Below are positions 46,539-57,902 of a stretch of DNA of 64,000 bases, in pieces; within the stretch, counting starts at the first letter, position 1; each line of letters begins with the position of its first letter. This DNA is from an uncultured cyanobacterium (GTDB lineage Bacteria; Cyanobacteriota; Cyanobacteriia; Cyanobacteriales; CAWUOF01). The notes beneath the pieces were generated by a model, which searched no databases, had not been told where the DNA came from, and saw only the letters and a list, made by a program, of their open reading frames with translations. The stretch is taken from NCBI GenBank assembly GCA_963744145.1, contig CAVUSO010000001.1, positions 3,104,001-3,168,000 of the forward strand. Reading direction: 5' to 3'. The translations under genes were made by a program, and so were the position numbers.

Positions 46539-47164
46539 ACGCAAGTATACCCACCCCCCTACACATTTACTTCATTCGGCATGGTGAAACCGAATGGTCG
46601 CTCTCCGGCCAGCACACTGGTCGCACAGACATTCCTTTGACTGCGAACGGTGAGGACGAGGGACGGAAACTGGGTCAGTACCTCCGGGACATCCAATTTG
46701 CCCATGTGCTGACTAGCCCGCTCCATCGCGCCCGACAGACTTGTGCGTTGGTCGGGCTGGAGCAATTCCCAGAAATTGAGGCGGATTTGACCGAATGGGA
46801 CTATGGCGATTACGAAGGACAGCGATCTGTGGATATTCGCCAGGTGCGTCCAGGTTGGAATATTTTTCATGACGGTTGTCCGCAAGGTGAAATGCCTACA
46901 CAAATTTCCGATCGTGCTGATCGGCTCATCAATCGTCTTCGCACAATGGACGGAAATATTGCACTTTTTTCCCACGGTCAGTTCGGTGGTGTTTTAGCTG
47001 TGCGCTGGATTGGATTAGCGGTGGTCAAAGCGCAGCATTTTCCCCTTAGTACGGCGTCGTTGAGCATTTTGGCCTTTGACAACCACCACCCCACAGTGTC
47101 AGTCATTGCCTTGTGGAATAATGTGGCTTCTCACGCCATATTCAACGGTCAAAAGCTTTGGTAA
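46535..47164 (+). CDS. Histidine phosphatase / phosphoglycerate mutase family, copy 1
   Basis: RHGETEWS, GRTDIPLT, SHG. Confidence 0.9.
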   Translation: MNASIPTPLHIYFIRHGETEWSLSGQHTGRTDIPLTANGEDEGRKLGQYLRDIQFAHVLTSPLHRARQTCALVGLEQFPEIEADLTEWDYGDYEGQRSVDIRQVRPGWNIFHDGCPQGEMPTQISDRADRLINRLRTMDGNIALFSHGQFGGVLAVRWIGLAVVKAQHFPLSTASLSILAFDNHHPTVSVIALWNNVASHAIFNGQKLW

Positions 47165-47172
47165 ACAACTCA

Positions 47173-48360
47173 ATGAAAAGAGCTAATCCACGCATCCTGA
47201 CGATCAATGGTGGCTCGTCGAGTATCAAGTTCGCCCTATTCGAGTCTGGTGACTCCCTGCAACGGATACTGGAGGGCCAGATTGAACGGATTGGACTACC
47301 AGAAACTACCTGGTGGGTAAAAAGCTTAAACCAAGCAGACAACTTTTCGCAATTAGTGTCCGCACCGGATTACCAAGTGGCGGTGGGCACTCTGATGGAT
47401 TGGATCGAGGAACGCAATAGTCGTGATCCCTTGACGGCGGTGGGGCATCGTGTGGTGCATGGCGGGCCGAAGTATAGCAATCCGCAGTGGATTACTCCGG
47501 AAATGATTGAGGAACTGCACCAGATTAGTCCATTTGACCCTGAGCATCTGCCGGAAGAGATCCTGTTGACCGAGGCATTTCATCGCCGCTTTCCGGATCT
47601 GCCCCAAATAGCCTGTTTCGACACGGCTTTTCACCATGACCTGCCACAAGTAGCCCGGTTGTTGCCAATTCCGCGTCGCTATGAAGCGCAAGGTGTGCGA
47701 CGATACGGGTTTCATGGGTTGTCATATTCGTTCCTTATGGAAGAATTATCTCGTCTGTATGGAACAGAAGCAACACAATGTCGGGCAATTCTCGCTCACA
47801 TCGGGAATGGCACGAGCTTGACTGCGGTGCATCATGGTAAACCAGTAGATACTAGCATGAGTTTCACCCCGACAGCTGGAGTGCCGATGAGTACGCGATC
47901 GGGTGATCTTGATCCGGGATTGCTTTGCTATCTGGCTCGCACTGAAAAAATGAGCGTGAAGCAATTGAATGAGATGGTTAATTTCCAGTCCGGATTGCTC
48001 GGCATATCCGAAACTAGTTCTGATATGCGTGACTTGCTTGATCGGGAGAAACAGGACGAGCGGGCGGCGATCGCGATCGCGGTGTTTTGCTACCAGATCA
48101 AGAAATGGATCGGCGCATTCACCGCAGCATTGGGCGGACTGGATACGCTAGTGTTCGCGGGTGGAATCGGGGAGAATGCACCCATAATCCGCGCCCGAAT
48201 TTGTGATGGACTGGGGTTTCTTGGGATCGAACTTGAAGAAAAGCGCAATGCAGGGAATGAGGGTATAATTTCTGCCCAAACCAGCAGTGTTCCTGTCCGC
48301 GTCATTCGCACAGATGAAGCACTGATGATTGCACGCTTGGTGTGCCACGCACTTGGATAA
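47173..48360 (+). CDS. ackA: Acetate kinase, copy 1
   Basis: INGGSSSIKF, GHRVVHGG, RRYGFHGLS, FAGGIGEN, TDE. Confidence 0.95.
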   Translation: MKRANPRILTINGGSSSIKFALFESGDSLQRILEGQIERIGLPETTWWVKSLNQADNFSQLVSAPDYQVAVGTLMDWIEERNSRDPLTAVGHRVVHGGPKYSNPQWITPEMIEELHQISPFDPEHLPEEILLTEAFHRRFPDLPQIACFDTAFHHDLPQVARLLPIPRRYEAQGVRRYGFHGLSYSFLMEELSRLYGTEATQCRAILAHIGNGTSLTAVHHGKPVDTSMSFTPTAGVPMSTRSGDLDPGLLCYLARTEKMSVKQLNEMVNFQSGLLGISETSSDMRDLLDREKQDERAAIAIAVFCYQIKKWIGAFTAALGGLDTLVFAGGIGENAPIIRARICDGLGFLGIELEEKRNAGNEGIISAQTSSVPVRVIRTDEALMIARLVCHALG

Positions 48361-48484
48361 TAAACTTCTTGCAAAAATAATTAGGACAGGCAAGATGCCT
48401 GTCCCACAACAAAAAAAGACTCTTGTGGGACGGGCATCCTGCCTGTCCAATAAATTGCTCAAAAGTACTTTTGGAAGAGGTCTA
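48361..48484. mobile_element. MITE-like element with internal hairpin
   Basis: Ends TAAACTTCTTGCAAAA / TTTTGGAAGAGGTCTA; internal GGACAGGCAAGATGCCTGTCCCACAA inverted pair. Confidence 0.75.
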
Positions 48485-50050
48485 ATGATGACTAAACAAA
48501 TTTCTCTCCATACCGCTTCTAAAAATCTATCTAGTCCACAGGATTTACTATCAACTTTGCAAGAACTTCGCCAGACCGTTGCCAGCGAAGGACAAGCTAC
48601 TTTTAATCAGTGGCGATCGCACATTCAGCGTCCTGAGTTTCTTTCCAGTGCTTTGAATTTAGCTGAATATCTAGCTTTACGTCGCCATGATCTACGCTCC
48701 CTCCAAACGGCACTAATCCCTTGGGGATTATCTTCCTTAGGACGGATTGAAGCAAGGGTGATGCCCAATCTTGATGCTGTCATTGCCACTTTGGCAGTCT
48801 TATGTGGCTCTAAATCTGTTGGGCACATCAAGCGTCCACCAATTGAGTCCTTTTTTGAGGGCGATCGCTTACTCCAACAGCACACGGAAGAATTATTTGG
48901 TCAGTCCCCACCCCAGCGTCGGGTCAGGATTATGGTCACCCTACCCAGTGAAGCTGCTACTAACTATGAAATGGTGCGAGAAATGATTCAACGAGGGGCA
49001 ACCTGTCTGCGAATTAACTGTGCCCATGATTCAACTGAATCCTGGAAAAGCATGATCGAGCATATCCGTCAAGCAGAACAGGAAACAGGAACACCTTGTA
49101 AAATCATGATGGACTTAGCTGGTCTGAAAATCCGCACGGGACCAGTATTTGCACCACTTGATCAAAAACGGTTATTTAAAGGAGATCAGATCCTGCTGTT
49201 GCGGTGTGTACCTAAACTTGAAAGTGAAGCAAAAACAGATAAGTCTACACCATCACAGGTAGACCATTTCCAAACTTGCTGTACAGCTCCCGAAATCCTC
49301 GATTTGTTAGGGGTTGACACTCCTGTGTATATCGACGATGGCAAGATTCGGACTCGCGTAGTTGATACCCATTACCCAGTAGGTGATGGAAAACCTGGAC
49401 TTTTACTCCAAGTAACTCATGCGAGCCCCAAAGGAGTCAAACTATTACCTGAAAAGGGTTTGAACTTTCCAGACACGGTTTTGCCACTCAGTCCACTGAC
49501 TGAAAAAGATTTATCTGATTTGGATTTTGTAGCTATCCATGCAGATATTATTGGCTATTCTTTTGTGCAATGTTCTAACGATATTGAATTACTTCAAAAA
49601 GAATTGAATAAGCGCTTAGTTAAACAGAATTTCCAACCAGCGATCGTTGCCAAGATTGAAACCGCGATCGCAGTTTCCAATCTACCAGAATTAATCATCT
49701 ATGCAGCAGGTAAACAATCCTTTGGCGTCATGATTGCTAGAGGTGACTTAGCGGTTGAAATTGGATACCAACGTTTAGCAGAGATCCAAGAAGAAATTCT
49801 CTGGCTATGTGAAGCTGCTCATATTCCTGTTATTTGGGCAACTCAAGTATTGGAAAGTTTAGTAAAAAACGGAACACCTTCGCGGGGAGAGATGACCGAT
49901 GCAGCAATGGCTGAACGCGCTGAGTGTGTGATGTTAAACAAAGGACCGTTTATTGCCGAAGCAATTACCATTCTGGATGACGTTCTTACACGCATGGAAA
50001 CCCATCAATTGAAAAAAACTCCCCAATTGCGGGCACTTCATCTGTGGTAA
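48485..50050 (+). CDS. pyk: Pyruvate kinase (variant with N-terminal extension and no C-terminal domain)
   Basis: RINCAH, IDDGKI, AKIET, MIARGDLAVE, ATQVLES, ECVMLNKG. Confidence 0.88.
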   Translation: MMTKQISLHTASKNLSSPQDLLSTLQELRQTVASEGQATFNQWRSHIQRPEFLSSALNLAEYLALRRHDLRSLQTALIPWGLSSLGRIEARVMPNLDAVIATLAVLCGSKSVGHIKRPPIESFFEGDRLLQQHTEELFGQSPPQRRVRIMVTLPSEAATNYEMVREMIQRGATCLRINCAHDSTESWKSMIEHIRQAEQETGTPCKIMMDLAGLKIRTGPVFAPLDQKRLFKGDQILLLRCVPKLESEAKTDKSTPSQVDHFQTCCTAPEILDLLGVDTPVYIDDGKIRTRVVDTHYPVGDGKPGLLLQVTHASPKGVKLLPEKGLNFPDTVLPLSPLTEKDLSDLDFVAIHADIIGYSFVQCSNDIELLQKELNKRLVKQNFQPAIVAKIETAIAVSNLPELIIYAAGKQSFGVMIARGDLAVEIGYQRLAEIQEEILWLCEAAHIPVIWATQVLESLVKNGTPSRGEMTDAAMAERAECVMLNKGPFIAEAITILDDVLTRMETHQLKKTPQLRALHLW

Positions 50051-50091
50051 TTCTTTTTACTGGCAATGCCAACTATCCCAAAAGGAATATT

Positions 50092-51201
50092 ATGATTAGT
50101 CATCAATCTCAATCAACGCAGCCCGTCGCACTACCTAACAGCGATCGCGTTGCAGTTTTGCTTGCAGGTTATGGTGAAGTACAATCTTTCCGCGATCTGA
50201 GTCTTTATAACCAAGCTGCAACTAAGTACATCGCGTCTCAGTTCTTACCGATCCCAGACTGGCTATACCCTCTGGCTGGTTGGCTGCTCACACTACAAGA
50301 TTTGTATAGTTTTGGAGTCAAGCATAATAATTTCATTTCACCTGAAAATGAGATTTTTGAAAAGCAACGTCTTGGTATTAAAGAACAGTTGCAAGAGCGA
50401 TGGGGAAATCGTGTAGAAGTATTCAAAGGCTTTTATTTCTGTCAGCCATTTGTGCAAGAAGTTGTAGCTGATATTATTGAGCAAGGTTTTCAGAATTTGC
50501 TGATTTATCCTTTGCTAGTGGTTGATTCTGCATTCACAGGCAAAATAGCTGTAGAGCAAGTCAATGAAGTTATTGCCGCAAATACATCGACCGATGAGCC
50601 GAACTATTCGATCTTCAAGACAATTCGATACATTCCAGCTTTTGCGACTGAGCCTGCTTATATTGATTTGATGGTACGTCAGATTAAGAAAACTCTGAAT
50701 CAGTCCTTTGCAAATCGTTTCTTTGAGTCTCGGATTGGGATTGTATTAACGGTTCATGGTGGTCCAGAAAAAGCCCAAGGATTGTTAACAGGGGTAATTG
50801 ATGGACAAATTCTTTACGATCGCGTGCAAGTACAGTTGCAACATGAATATCCCCTCATCTCGATCGGCTGGGTAAATCATGATATGCCTTTGATCAAATG
50901 GTCGCAACCCAATCTCAAACAAGCAGGAAAAAGCTTAATTGCAGCAGGTGCCCAAATCATTGTATTTAAACCTCTTGGTTGGGTAACAGATAATTATGAA
51001 ACTATTCTTGATGTGGAGGATGCAATTAAATCTTTGCAGCGTCAATATCCAACGGTGACTTATACTCGGTTCGGTTGTGTCAATGACGATCCTGATTTTC
51101 TAAAAATAGTAGCAGAATGGGCAAATCCTGACATTAAAGCCATGCTATCAGTGGCACAACACCATGATCATCAGCAAACTAGAAGAATTGATTTTGACTA
51201 A
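50092..51201 (+). CDS. Ferrochelatase-like class II chelatase without CAB domain
   Basis: AVLLAGYGE, F.QPF, IYPLL, TVHG, TDNYET. Confidence 0.7.
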   Translation: MISHQSQSTQPVALPNSDRVAVLLAGYGEVQSFRDLSLYNQAATKYIASQFLPIPDWLYPLAGWLLTLQDLYSFGVKHNNFISPENEIFEKQRLGIKEQLQERWGNRVEVFKGFYFCQPFVQEVVADIIEQGFQNLLIYPLLVVDSAFTGKIAVEQVNEVIAANTSTDEPNYSIFKTIRYIPAFATEPAYIDLMVRQIKKTLNQSFANRFFESRIGIVLTVHGGPEKAQGLLTGVIDGQILYDRVQVQLQHEYPLISIGWVNHDMPLIKWSQPNLKQAGKSLIAAGAQIIVFKPLGWVTDNYETILDVEDAIKSLQRQYPTVTYTRFGCVNDDPDFLKIVAEWANPDIKAMLSVAQHHDHQQTRRIDFD

Positions 51202-51241
51202 ACTTTTTGGCAATGTATTTTTTCAGATTAGAATATTTAAA

Positions 51242-52309
51242 ATGATTCGTTTAAAAAAGGAGTTACAACAATCCAGAGTAATTTTGTATCGGTTGTCTGT
51301 AGTCGTTGTTTCTGCAACTGCTATTAGCTTAGGAAGTTGTTCGTCAAATGCACCTTCAACTAATTCAGGTTCTCCTCAAATTCAATCTGCTGCGAATCGA
51401 AAAGAATTGCAGATTGTGACAACCTTTATTCCAATTACAGATTTTACCAAAGCAGTCGCAGGCGATCGCGCCCAAGTAACACAACTACTTCCCACCAATG
51501 CTGACCCCCATGACTTTCAGGCAAAACCGATCGACGATCAGAAACTAGCTAAAGCTGATGTGTTAGTTGAAAACGGACTGGGGATGGAGACATTTCTGGG
51601 GAACATGGTCAAAAATGTAGGAAATGCCAACCTGAAAGTGATTGATTCGAGTCAAGGAGTGCAGAGGATTACAACCGCATCCGTTGGAATAGGTAAACAG
51701 CAGCAAGAAACTGGAAACAATCAAGAAGAGTTCAACCCGCACATCTGGCTTGATCCCAAGCGAGCCATTCGTCAAGTAGAAAACATTCGGGATGGGTTAA
51801 TTGCTGCTGATTCCGGAGGAAAAGATGTTTACAGCAATAATGCTGCTACCTATATTCAAAGGTTGCGAGAACTCGATCAGGAAGCCACAAAAATGCTTCA
51901 GCCCTTTGCGGGTAAAACCTTTGTTGTTTTCCACGACTTTGCACCCTACTTTGCTCAGAGCTACAACTTGAAAGCCATTTTTCTGGTGGATGTACCAGAA
52001 GGTAATCCATCTCCCAAAGATGTTAAGCGAATCATGGATATGGTTAAGGTAAGCAAGCTCAAAACGCTCCTAGCGGAACCTGAGATGGGAAAAGACGCAT
52101 TTGCAGCAATAGCAAAGGATTTGCACGTTCAAGTCACTACGTTTTACTCGATGGAAACTGGTGGATCTGAAGCTCTGCAACCAGATTACTACATGACTAC
52201 TATGCGACAGAATATTAAAACTCTAGTAATAGCATTCACTGGTCAATCGACTCAATCTTTCCTGCGGTTTCCGAAGGAGTTAGAGCGAAGGTTGAGGATG
52301 TTTACTTGA
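51242..52309 (+). CDS. Zn/Mn ABC transporter substrate-binding lipoprotein
   Basis: LGSC lipobox; DPHDF, NGLGME, NPHIWLDP, FHD. Confidence 0.9.
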   Translation: MIRLKKELQQSRVILYRLSVVVVSATAISLGSCSSNAPSTNSGSPQIQSAANRKELQIVTTFIPITDFTKAVAGDRAQVTQLLPTNADPHDFQAKPIDDQKLAKADVLVENGLGMETFLGNMVKNVGNANLKVIDSSQGVQRITTASVGIGKQQQETGNNQEEFNPHIWLDPKRAIRQVENIRDGLIAADSGGKDVYSNNAATYIQRLRELDQEATKMLQPFAGKTFVVFHDFAPYFAQSYNLKAIFLVDVPEGNPSPKDVKRIMDMVKVSKLKTLLAEPEMGKDAFAAIAKDLHVQVTTFYSMETGGSEALQPDYYMTTMRQNIKTLVIAFTGQSTQSFLRFPKELERRLRMFT

Positions 52310-53070
52310 AGGAAATTGTACTATCAGTTGATCAACTAACCGTTTATCGGGAAAGCTACGCAGCGGTGCAAGATGTTTCTTTCTCCCTAGAATCAGGAAC
52401 AGATACATCAATCGTCGGTCCCAACGGGGGTGGTAAAACGACATTGGTTCAAGCCATTTTGGGAATTTTGCCTAGACATTCAGGTAAAATATCCATCCTG
52501 GGTCAAACCCTCACTCCTAAAGGATTTCTCCCATCACATATCCGTCAGCAAATCGCTTATTTACCACAGAACTTTCTGGTTGATCGTCGCATTCCTATCA
52601 CGGTAGAAGAACTGGTAGGTTTAGGTTGGGATAAGTTGGGGTTTCAGCTACCCTGGGTTAATCACAAAAAACGGAATCATGCTGTTCAAGATGCTTTGAC
52701 AAGGGTTAATGCAATCCGTCTCCGACATCAACTAATTGGTGGGCTTTCAGGGGGTGAAACTAAGCGGATGTTACTGGCATATTGTTTAGTTTACCCGCGT
52801 CGATTACTGATTCTTGATGAAGCTCCTGCTGGGTTAGATATGCTTGCTGAGTCAGAGTTTTATCAACTGTTATATCAACTCAAGCAAGAACAGGGTTGGA
52901 CAATTTTGCAGATTTCCCACGATCTGGATATGGTACGACAACATTGCGATCGCGTCCTCTGTATAAATCGCACCTTACGCTGTCAAGGACCCCCAGGAGT
53001 GACTCTCTCTCCCGATAATCTTTCTGCTACCTACGGAAAAGACTTTGTTCAATACCACCATTCCCATTAA
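52306..53070 (+). CDS. Zn/Mn ABC transporter ATP-binding protein
   Basis: GPNGGGKTT, LSGGE, LILDE, SHD. Confidence 0.92.
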   Translation: MKEIVLSVDQLTVYRESYAAVQDVSFSLESGTDTSIVGPNGGGKTTLVQAILGILPRHSGKISILGQTLTPKGFLPSHIRQQIAYLPQNFLVDRRIPITVEELVGLGWDKLGFQLPWVNHKKRNHAVQDALTRVNAIRLRHQLIGGLSGGETKRMLLAYCLVYPRRLLILDEAPAGLDMLAESEFYQLLYQLKQEQGWTILQISHDLDMVRQHCDRVLCINRTLRCQGPPGVTLSPDNLSATYGKDFVQYHHSH

Positions 53071-53081
53071 CATTATTCCTC

Positions 53082-53921
53082 ATGTTTCTTCAAACAGAAC
53101 TCACTCAAATTGTTGAACTATTTCAACTACCCTTTATGCAACGGGCATTGATCGGCGGTATCCTGACTGGGTTACTAGGTGGGATTTTGGGAAGTTTTAC
53201 TATTTTAAGGCAGTTGTCTTTCTTCAGTGATGCCCTAGGACATTCAGCTTTATTAGGTCTTAGTATCGGATTTTTATTACAACTTAATCCCTCTCTGGTG
53301 TTACTTCCCTTCGCAGTTGTCTTTGCTTTAGCAGTGTCTTATTTGTTGGAACATACCCGTTTATGGACTGATGCGTTACTCAATATTATCTCTTCCTCAT
53401 CAATGGCGATCGCCATTATTACTCTCAGTTTTGTCGGGCAGTACAAAGGTGGAATAAATAACCTTTTGTTTGGAGATATTTTGGCAGTCCAAGAAGTAGA
53501 TTTAGTCTTCAGCGGTTTGCTATTAATTGTCTGCATTATGTTTATTGGGCTAACCTTGCGAACCCAAATGTTACTGACCGTAGATGAATCCTTGGCTCTT
53601 TCTCGTGGGGTATCAGTATCAACTCATCGCATGATATTTATTGTGCTACTGTCGTTAGTGGTGGGAATTTCCATTAAGTCGATCGGTGTGTTATTAGTTA
53701 GTGCATTTATAGTGATTCCAGCTTGTGCAGCCGAACTGCTTAGTCGCACATTCACACATTACCTATCGTTAGCAGTAGGATTAGGAGCATTAAGTGCTGT
53801 GTTCGGAATGGTGATTTCAGCTTGGTTTAATTTACCATCCGGTCCTAGTATTGTGGCGACGCAATTAGCAATCTTTCTAACTGCAATGGCTTTACCTCGT
53901 CTTCGCTCATTGACTCATTAG
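53082..53921 (+). CDS. Zn/Mn ABC transporter permease
   Basis: FMQRAL, DALGHSALLG, LLFGDIL, PSGPSIV. Confidence 0.92.
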   Translation: MFLQTELTQIVELFQLPFMQRALIGGILTGLLGGILGSFTILRQLSFFSDALGHSALLGLSIGFLLQLNPSLVLLPFAVVFALAVSYLLEHTRLWTDALLNIISSSSMAIAIITLSFVGQYKGGINNLLFGDILAVQEVDLVFSGLLLIVCIMFIGLTLRTQMLLTVDESLALSRGVSVSTHRMIFIVLLSLVVGISIKSIGVLLVSAFIVIPACAAELLSRTFTHYLSLAVGLGALSAVFGMVISAWFNLPSGPSIVATQLAIFLTAMALPRLRSLTH

Positions 53922-53983
53922 CATCAAAATTGACCACTCATGCTGCGATGATATATTAAATAATTCTATTACGAGCTTTATAA

Positions 53984-54556
53984 ATGTTAACAGTTAAACC
54001 TCGATTTACAACCTTTGAAGAATACCTAACATACAATGACAATTCTGATCGGATCTGTGAATTATTTAATGGAGAATTGATTGAAGTGCCGACCGAGTCA
54101 GGGTTAAATATCCAAATCACCAATCGTCTTTTTTTGATTTTTGCTTTGATGCTGGGAACTGATCGAGTCAGAGGACAAGGATTAGAACTAGAAGTCAGAG
54201 GTGAACCCAAAAACCGTTATCCCGATCTAACTATTATTCGAGAAGAACATATTCAACAATTATCAAAGCGTAATACTATTCGCCTTTCAATGTCACCTCC
54301 GATCTTAGTGATTGAAGTAGTTAGTCCCGGAGAAATACAAAGAGATCGAGACTACATCGCAAAGAAAATGCAATATCAGGATTGTGGTATTCCTGAATAC
54401 TGGATTGTTGACCCCCAAACTAAAACTATCCTAGTCTTAAAACTTATGGGAGATGCTTATAAAGAAGTAGGTAGTTTTAGTAATGACGATTTACTGCAAT
54501 CTCCCGAATTTAGAGAACTAAATTTAAAGGTTTCCGAAGTATTTAACCCAAATTAA
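53984..54556 (+). CDS. Uma2 family endonuclease
   Basis: RYPDL, LVIEVVSP, RDYxxK..QY...GIPEYWIVDP. Confidence 0.92.
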   Translation: MLTVKPRFTTFEEYLTYNDNSDRICELFNGELIEVPTESGLNIQITNRLFLIFALMLGTDRVRGQGLELEVRGEPKNRYPDLTIIREEHIQQLSKRNTIRLSMSPPILVIEVVSPGEIQRDRDYIAKKMQYQDCGIPEYWIVDPQTKTILVLKLMGDAYKEVGSFSNDDLLQSPEFRELNLKVSEVFNPN

Positions 54557-54701
54557 AAAACTGGTCTAATGTTGTAGTTCCCTCCAAGATTACATCAGGT
54601 ATTGTTTTCTAGTTTGTCATCTTTCCTTCCGAGATCCAATTAATAGTGCAATCTATCGATAAAATTTGTAAAGATTTGAAAACTTTTAGTACTAAATATA
54701 C

Positions 54702-54778
54702 AAATTATACACTAATTAAACCTTTGGTTAAACATTATTTCTAACCGAAGTGTGTCAGACTAATATTATTAATAAATT
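54702..54778 (+). promoter_or_regulatory. Conserved upstream block, copy 2
   Basis: Paralog of 42001-42078. Confidence 0.6.
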
Positions 54779-55117
54779 CAGACTAAATTGACCGCTTTAA
54801 ATTTTGCTTGCAGCAGTGAAATAAGGACACTTTCTCAACCAGCTATCTTAAGAGATTTAACATGAACAGCCTCTCCTTTTTATCTGCTTCTTTAGTGTTA
54901 GGAATTTTGCTGAGAAATCTCTACTTGCATGGCTTGTGGATGACGGTACAGAAATTAACTACAATCCAAACCCCAATTCTATTAACATTAGGCAGCTTTT
55001 TTGAGCAGTCCGCGATCGCTATTCCTGTCTCAATCTATAAATCGAAACCATAAATAACGGCTAGTAGCAAACAGAAAACAGCACTTGGACTTAGCCGAAC
55101 TAAGGAGAATTGAACCC

Positions 55118-57532
55118 ATGAAGACAACGACACTTTCCCCAGAACTGCTCCACAAAATAGATGCCTACTGGCGTGCTGCCAACTATCTGTCAGTTGGGCA
55201 GATTTATCTCTACGACAATCCATTACTGAAGGAGCCACTAAAACTCTCCCACATCAAACCTCTAGTAGTCGGACACTGGGGCACGACACCGGGTCAGAAC
55301 TTCATCTATGTCCACTTGAACCAGGTGATCAGAAAGTATGACCTGGATATGTTCTACATCTCCGGTCCCGGTCATGGTGGTCCGGCGCTAGTAGGTAATA
55401 CTTACCTCGAAGGTTCCTACAGTGAGATTTATCCGAACATCAGCCAGGACGAAGCCGGAATGAAAAAGCTGTTCAAGCAGTTCTCATTTCCTGGCGGAAT
55501 TTCCAGCCATGTTGCGCCGACAACACCAGGGTCAATTCACGAAGGAGGTGAGTTGGGATACTCCCTCAGCCATGCTTTCGGAGCTGCGTTCGACAATCCC
55601 AATCTGATCGTTGCCTGCATTATTGGCGACGGTGAAGCGGAGACGGGTCCATTGGCGACCGCATGGCAGTCCAACAAGCTGCTCAACCCAATTACCGACG
55701 GTACAGTTCTCCCAATCCTGCACCTGAATGGCTACAAGATCAATAATCCGACGATCCTGGCTCGGATTGAGCATGAGGAGCTAGAGCAATTTCTCCAAGG
55801 CTGCGGCTGGACACCTTACTTTGTGGCAGGCGATGAGCCAGAAAAGATGCACGAACTCATGGCTAGCACTCTAGACCAGGCGATCGAGGACATTCAGCAA
55901 ATCCGCAGCAATGCTAGGAACAACCATAACACCATGCGACCGCGTTGGCCGATGATCGTTCTTAAGTCGCCCAAGGGCTGGACAGGACCGAAATTTGTCG
56001 ATGGTCTGCCCAACGAAGGTACATCGCGATCGCACCAAGTACCTCTCATTGTGGATGCCGAACATCCCGATCATCTCCAGCAGTTAGAAAGCTGGATGAA
56101 GAGCTACAAAGCCGAAGAACTTTTCGATGAAAATGGCCGACTTCTACCCGAATTAGCAGAGCTGGCACCGAAAGGCGATCGACGGATGGGCGCGAACCCC
56201 CACGCTAATGGCGGTCTGTTGCTACGTGATTTGCGGATACCGGACTTCAGCGACCATGCGGTATCTGTGCCAACCCCTGGTGCCGTTGACGGTCAGGACA
56301 CACTTGTATTGGGCAAGTTCCTGCGTGATGTAGTCAAGCTAAATCAGGAGCAACGGAATTTCCGCATCTTCGGTCCCGATGAAACACTCTCTAATCTTTT
56401 GGGCGCAGTATTTGAAGTTACGAATCGTCAGTGGGAAGCACGGGAGGAAAACAATGATGAGTTCCTCGCGCCCGGTGGACGAGTGGTGGACTCGATGCTT
56501 AGTGAACACCAGTGTGAGGGGTGGTTAGAAGGCTATTTACTAACTGGGCGACACGGACTGTTCAACAGCTATGAAGCATTTATTCGCATCGTTGATTCCA
56601 TGTTCAGCCAGCACGCCAAATGGCTGAAAGTCACATCAGAACTACCCTGGCGACAGCCGATCGCATCACTGAACTATCTGCTCGCTTCCCACGTCTGGCA
56701 ACAAGATCACAACGGTTTCACCCACCAAGACCCTGGTTTCATTGACCACGTTATCAATAAGAAAGCCGATATTGTGCGTGTTTATCTGCCACCTGACGCG
56801 AACTGTCTGCTGTCGGTCTTTGATCACTGTCTGCGTAGCCGACACTACGTGAATGTAGTGGTGGCTGGCAAACACGCACTTCCGCAATGGCTGACTATCG
56901 ATGCAGCGATCGCGCATTGCACAGAAGGAATCGGCATCTGGCAATGGGCGAGCAATGACCAGGACTCTGAACCGGATGTGGTGATGGCTTGCTGTGGCGA
57001 TACACCGACCCTAGAGATTTTGGCTGCCGTTTCTATTCTGCGCCAGCATCTACCTGATCTAAAAATTCGAGTGATTAATGTCGTTGATCTGATGAAATTG
57101 CAGTCCGCCAGTGAACACCCGCACGGTTTGAACGAAACGGACTACGACTCACTGTTTACGACAGACAAGCCGATCATCTTTGGCTTTCATGGCTATCCCT
57201 GGCTAGTCCACCGACTGACTTACCGTCGCATTAATCGCAACCTCCACGTGCGGGGCTACAAGGAAGAAGGCACGATCACGACAGCCTTTGACATTAGGGT
57301 GCAAAATGACCTAGATCGCTTTCATCTGGTGCAAGATGTAGTTGATCGCCTACCCCATTTGGGTGCTAAGGGAGCTTACCTAAAGCAGATGATGCAGGAC
57401 AAGCTGATTGAACACAAGCAATACATTGACCAGCACGGCGAAGATTTGCCAGAAATCCGCAACTGGAAGTGGAGTTCAGATGCAACGCAGAAAGGGAAAC
57501 CGTTGGTGGAAAAAACGTTTGTACTGAGCTGA
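55118..57532 (+). CDS. xfp: Xylulose-5-P/fructose-6-P phosphoketolase, intact copy 2
   Basis: [54 protein letters not shown] before ATG 55118. Confidence 0.97.
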   Translation: MKTTTLSPELLHKIDAYWRAANYLSVGQIYLYDNPLLKEPLKLSHIKPLVVGHWGTTPGQNFIYVHLNQVIRKYDLDMFYISGPGHGGPALVGNTYLEGSYSEIYPNISQDEAGMKKLFKQFSFPGGISSHVAPTTPGSIHEGGELGYSLSHAFGAAFDNPNLIVACIIGDGEAETGPLATAWQSNKLLNPITDGTVLPILHLNGYKINNPTILARIEHEELEQFLQGCGWTPYFVAGDEPEKMHELMASTLDQAIEDIQQIRSNARNNHNTMRPRWPMIVLKSPKGWTGPKFVDGLPNEGTSRSHQVPLIVDAEHPDHLQQLESWMKSYKAEELFDENGRLLPELAELAPKGDRRMGANPHANGGLLLRDLRIPDFSDHAVSVPTPGAVDGQDTLVLGKFLRDVVKLNQEQRNFRIFGPDETLSNLLGAVFEVTNRQWEAREENNDEFLAPGGRVVDSMLSEHQCEGWLEGYLLTGRHGLFNSYEAFIRIVDSMFSQHAKWLKVTSELPWRQPIASLNYLLASHVWQQDHNGFTHQDPGFIDHVINKKADIVRVYLPPDANCLLSVFDHCLRSRHYVNVVVAGKHALPQWLTIDAAIAHCTEGIGIWQWASNDQDSEPDVVMACCGDTPTLEILAAVSILRQHLPDLKIRVINVVDLMKLQSASEHPHGLNETDYDSLFTTDKPIIFGFHGYPWLVHRLTYRRINRNLHVRGYKEEGTITTAFDIRVQNDLDRFHLVQDVVDRLPHLGAKGAYLKQMMQDKLIEHKQYIDQHGEDLPEIRNWKWSSDATQKGKPLVEKTFVLS

Positions 57533-57577
57533 AACTAAGCTTTCTAAATTTTTTGGACTTTTTTAAGGAGATCGAAC

Positions 57578-57760
57578 ATGACTACCCAGATTGAAGTTGA
57601 AGTTGAAGGTCAAAAAACTCCGTTTACGCTGGATTGGGAAGAGTGGCGTTGGCAATCTTTAAAGGAGCAGCAGGAGTCTGAATTCCCGGTGATCACAGTT
57701 ATAGATGGGAAGCGCTACGAGCTGTATTCAGATAATACGTTCGCCGAGGTGGAGCGGTGA
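57578..57760 (+). CDS. 60-aa acidic hypothetical protein
   Basis: AAGGAG RBS; remnant paralog at 46265. Confidence 0.7.
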   Translation: MTTQIEVEVEGQKTPFTLDWEEWRWQSLKEQQESEFPVITVIDGKRYELYSDNTFAEVER

Positions 57761-57765
57761 GTGAA

Positions 57766-57879
57766 AGGGCTTCTTGCAAAAATATGTTTGTAGTAGGAAC
57801 TTTAGTCCCCTAATGCTCAATAATCGAGGGCTAAAGCCCTTACTACAAACAAATATTTTTGACTTTTGCAAGAGGTCTA
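57766..57879. mobile_element. MITE-like element with the same end family as 48361-48484
   Basis: CTTCTTGCAAAA / TTTTGCAAGAGGTCTA ends; internal TGTTTGTAGTA...TACTACAAACA hairpin. Confidence 0.75.
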
Positions 57880-57902
57880 AAGGCACAAAACGGAGAGATG
57901 AC

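Noticed and set aside
48329..48484. N-terminal extensions of pyk (48329) and aldolase (57774) in the ORF track
   Set aside because: They read through MITE sequence; the downstream ATGs are the likely starts
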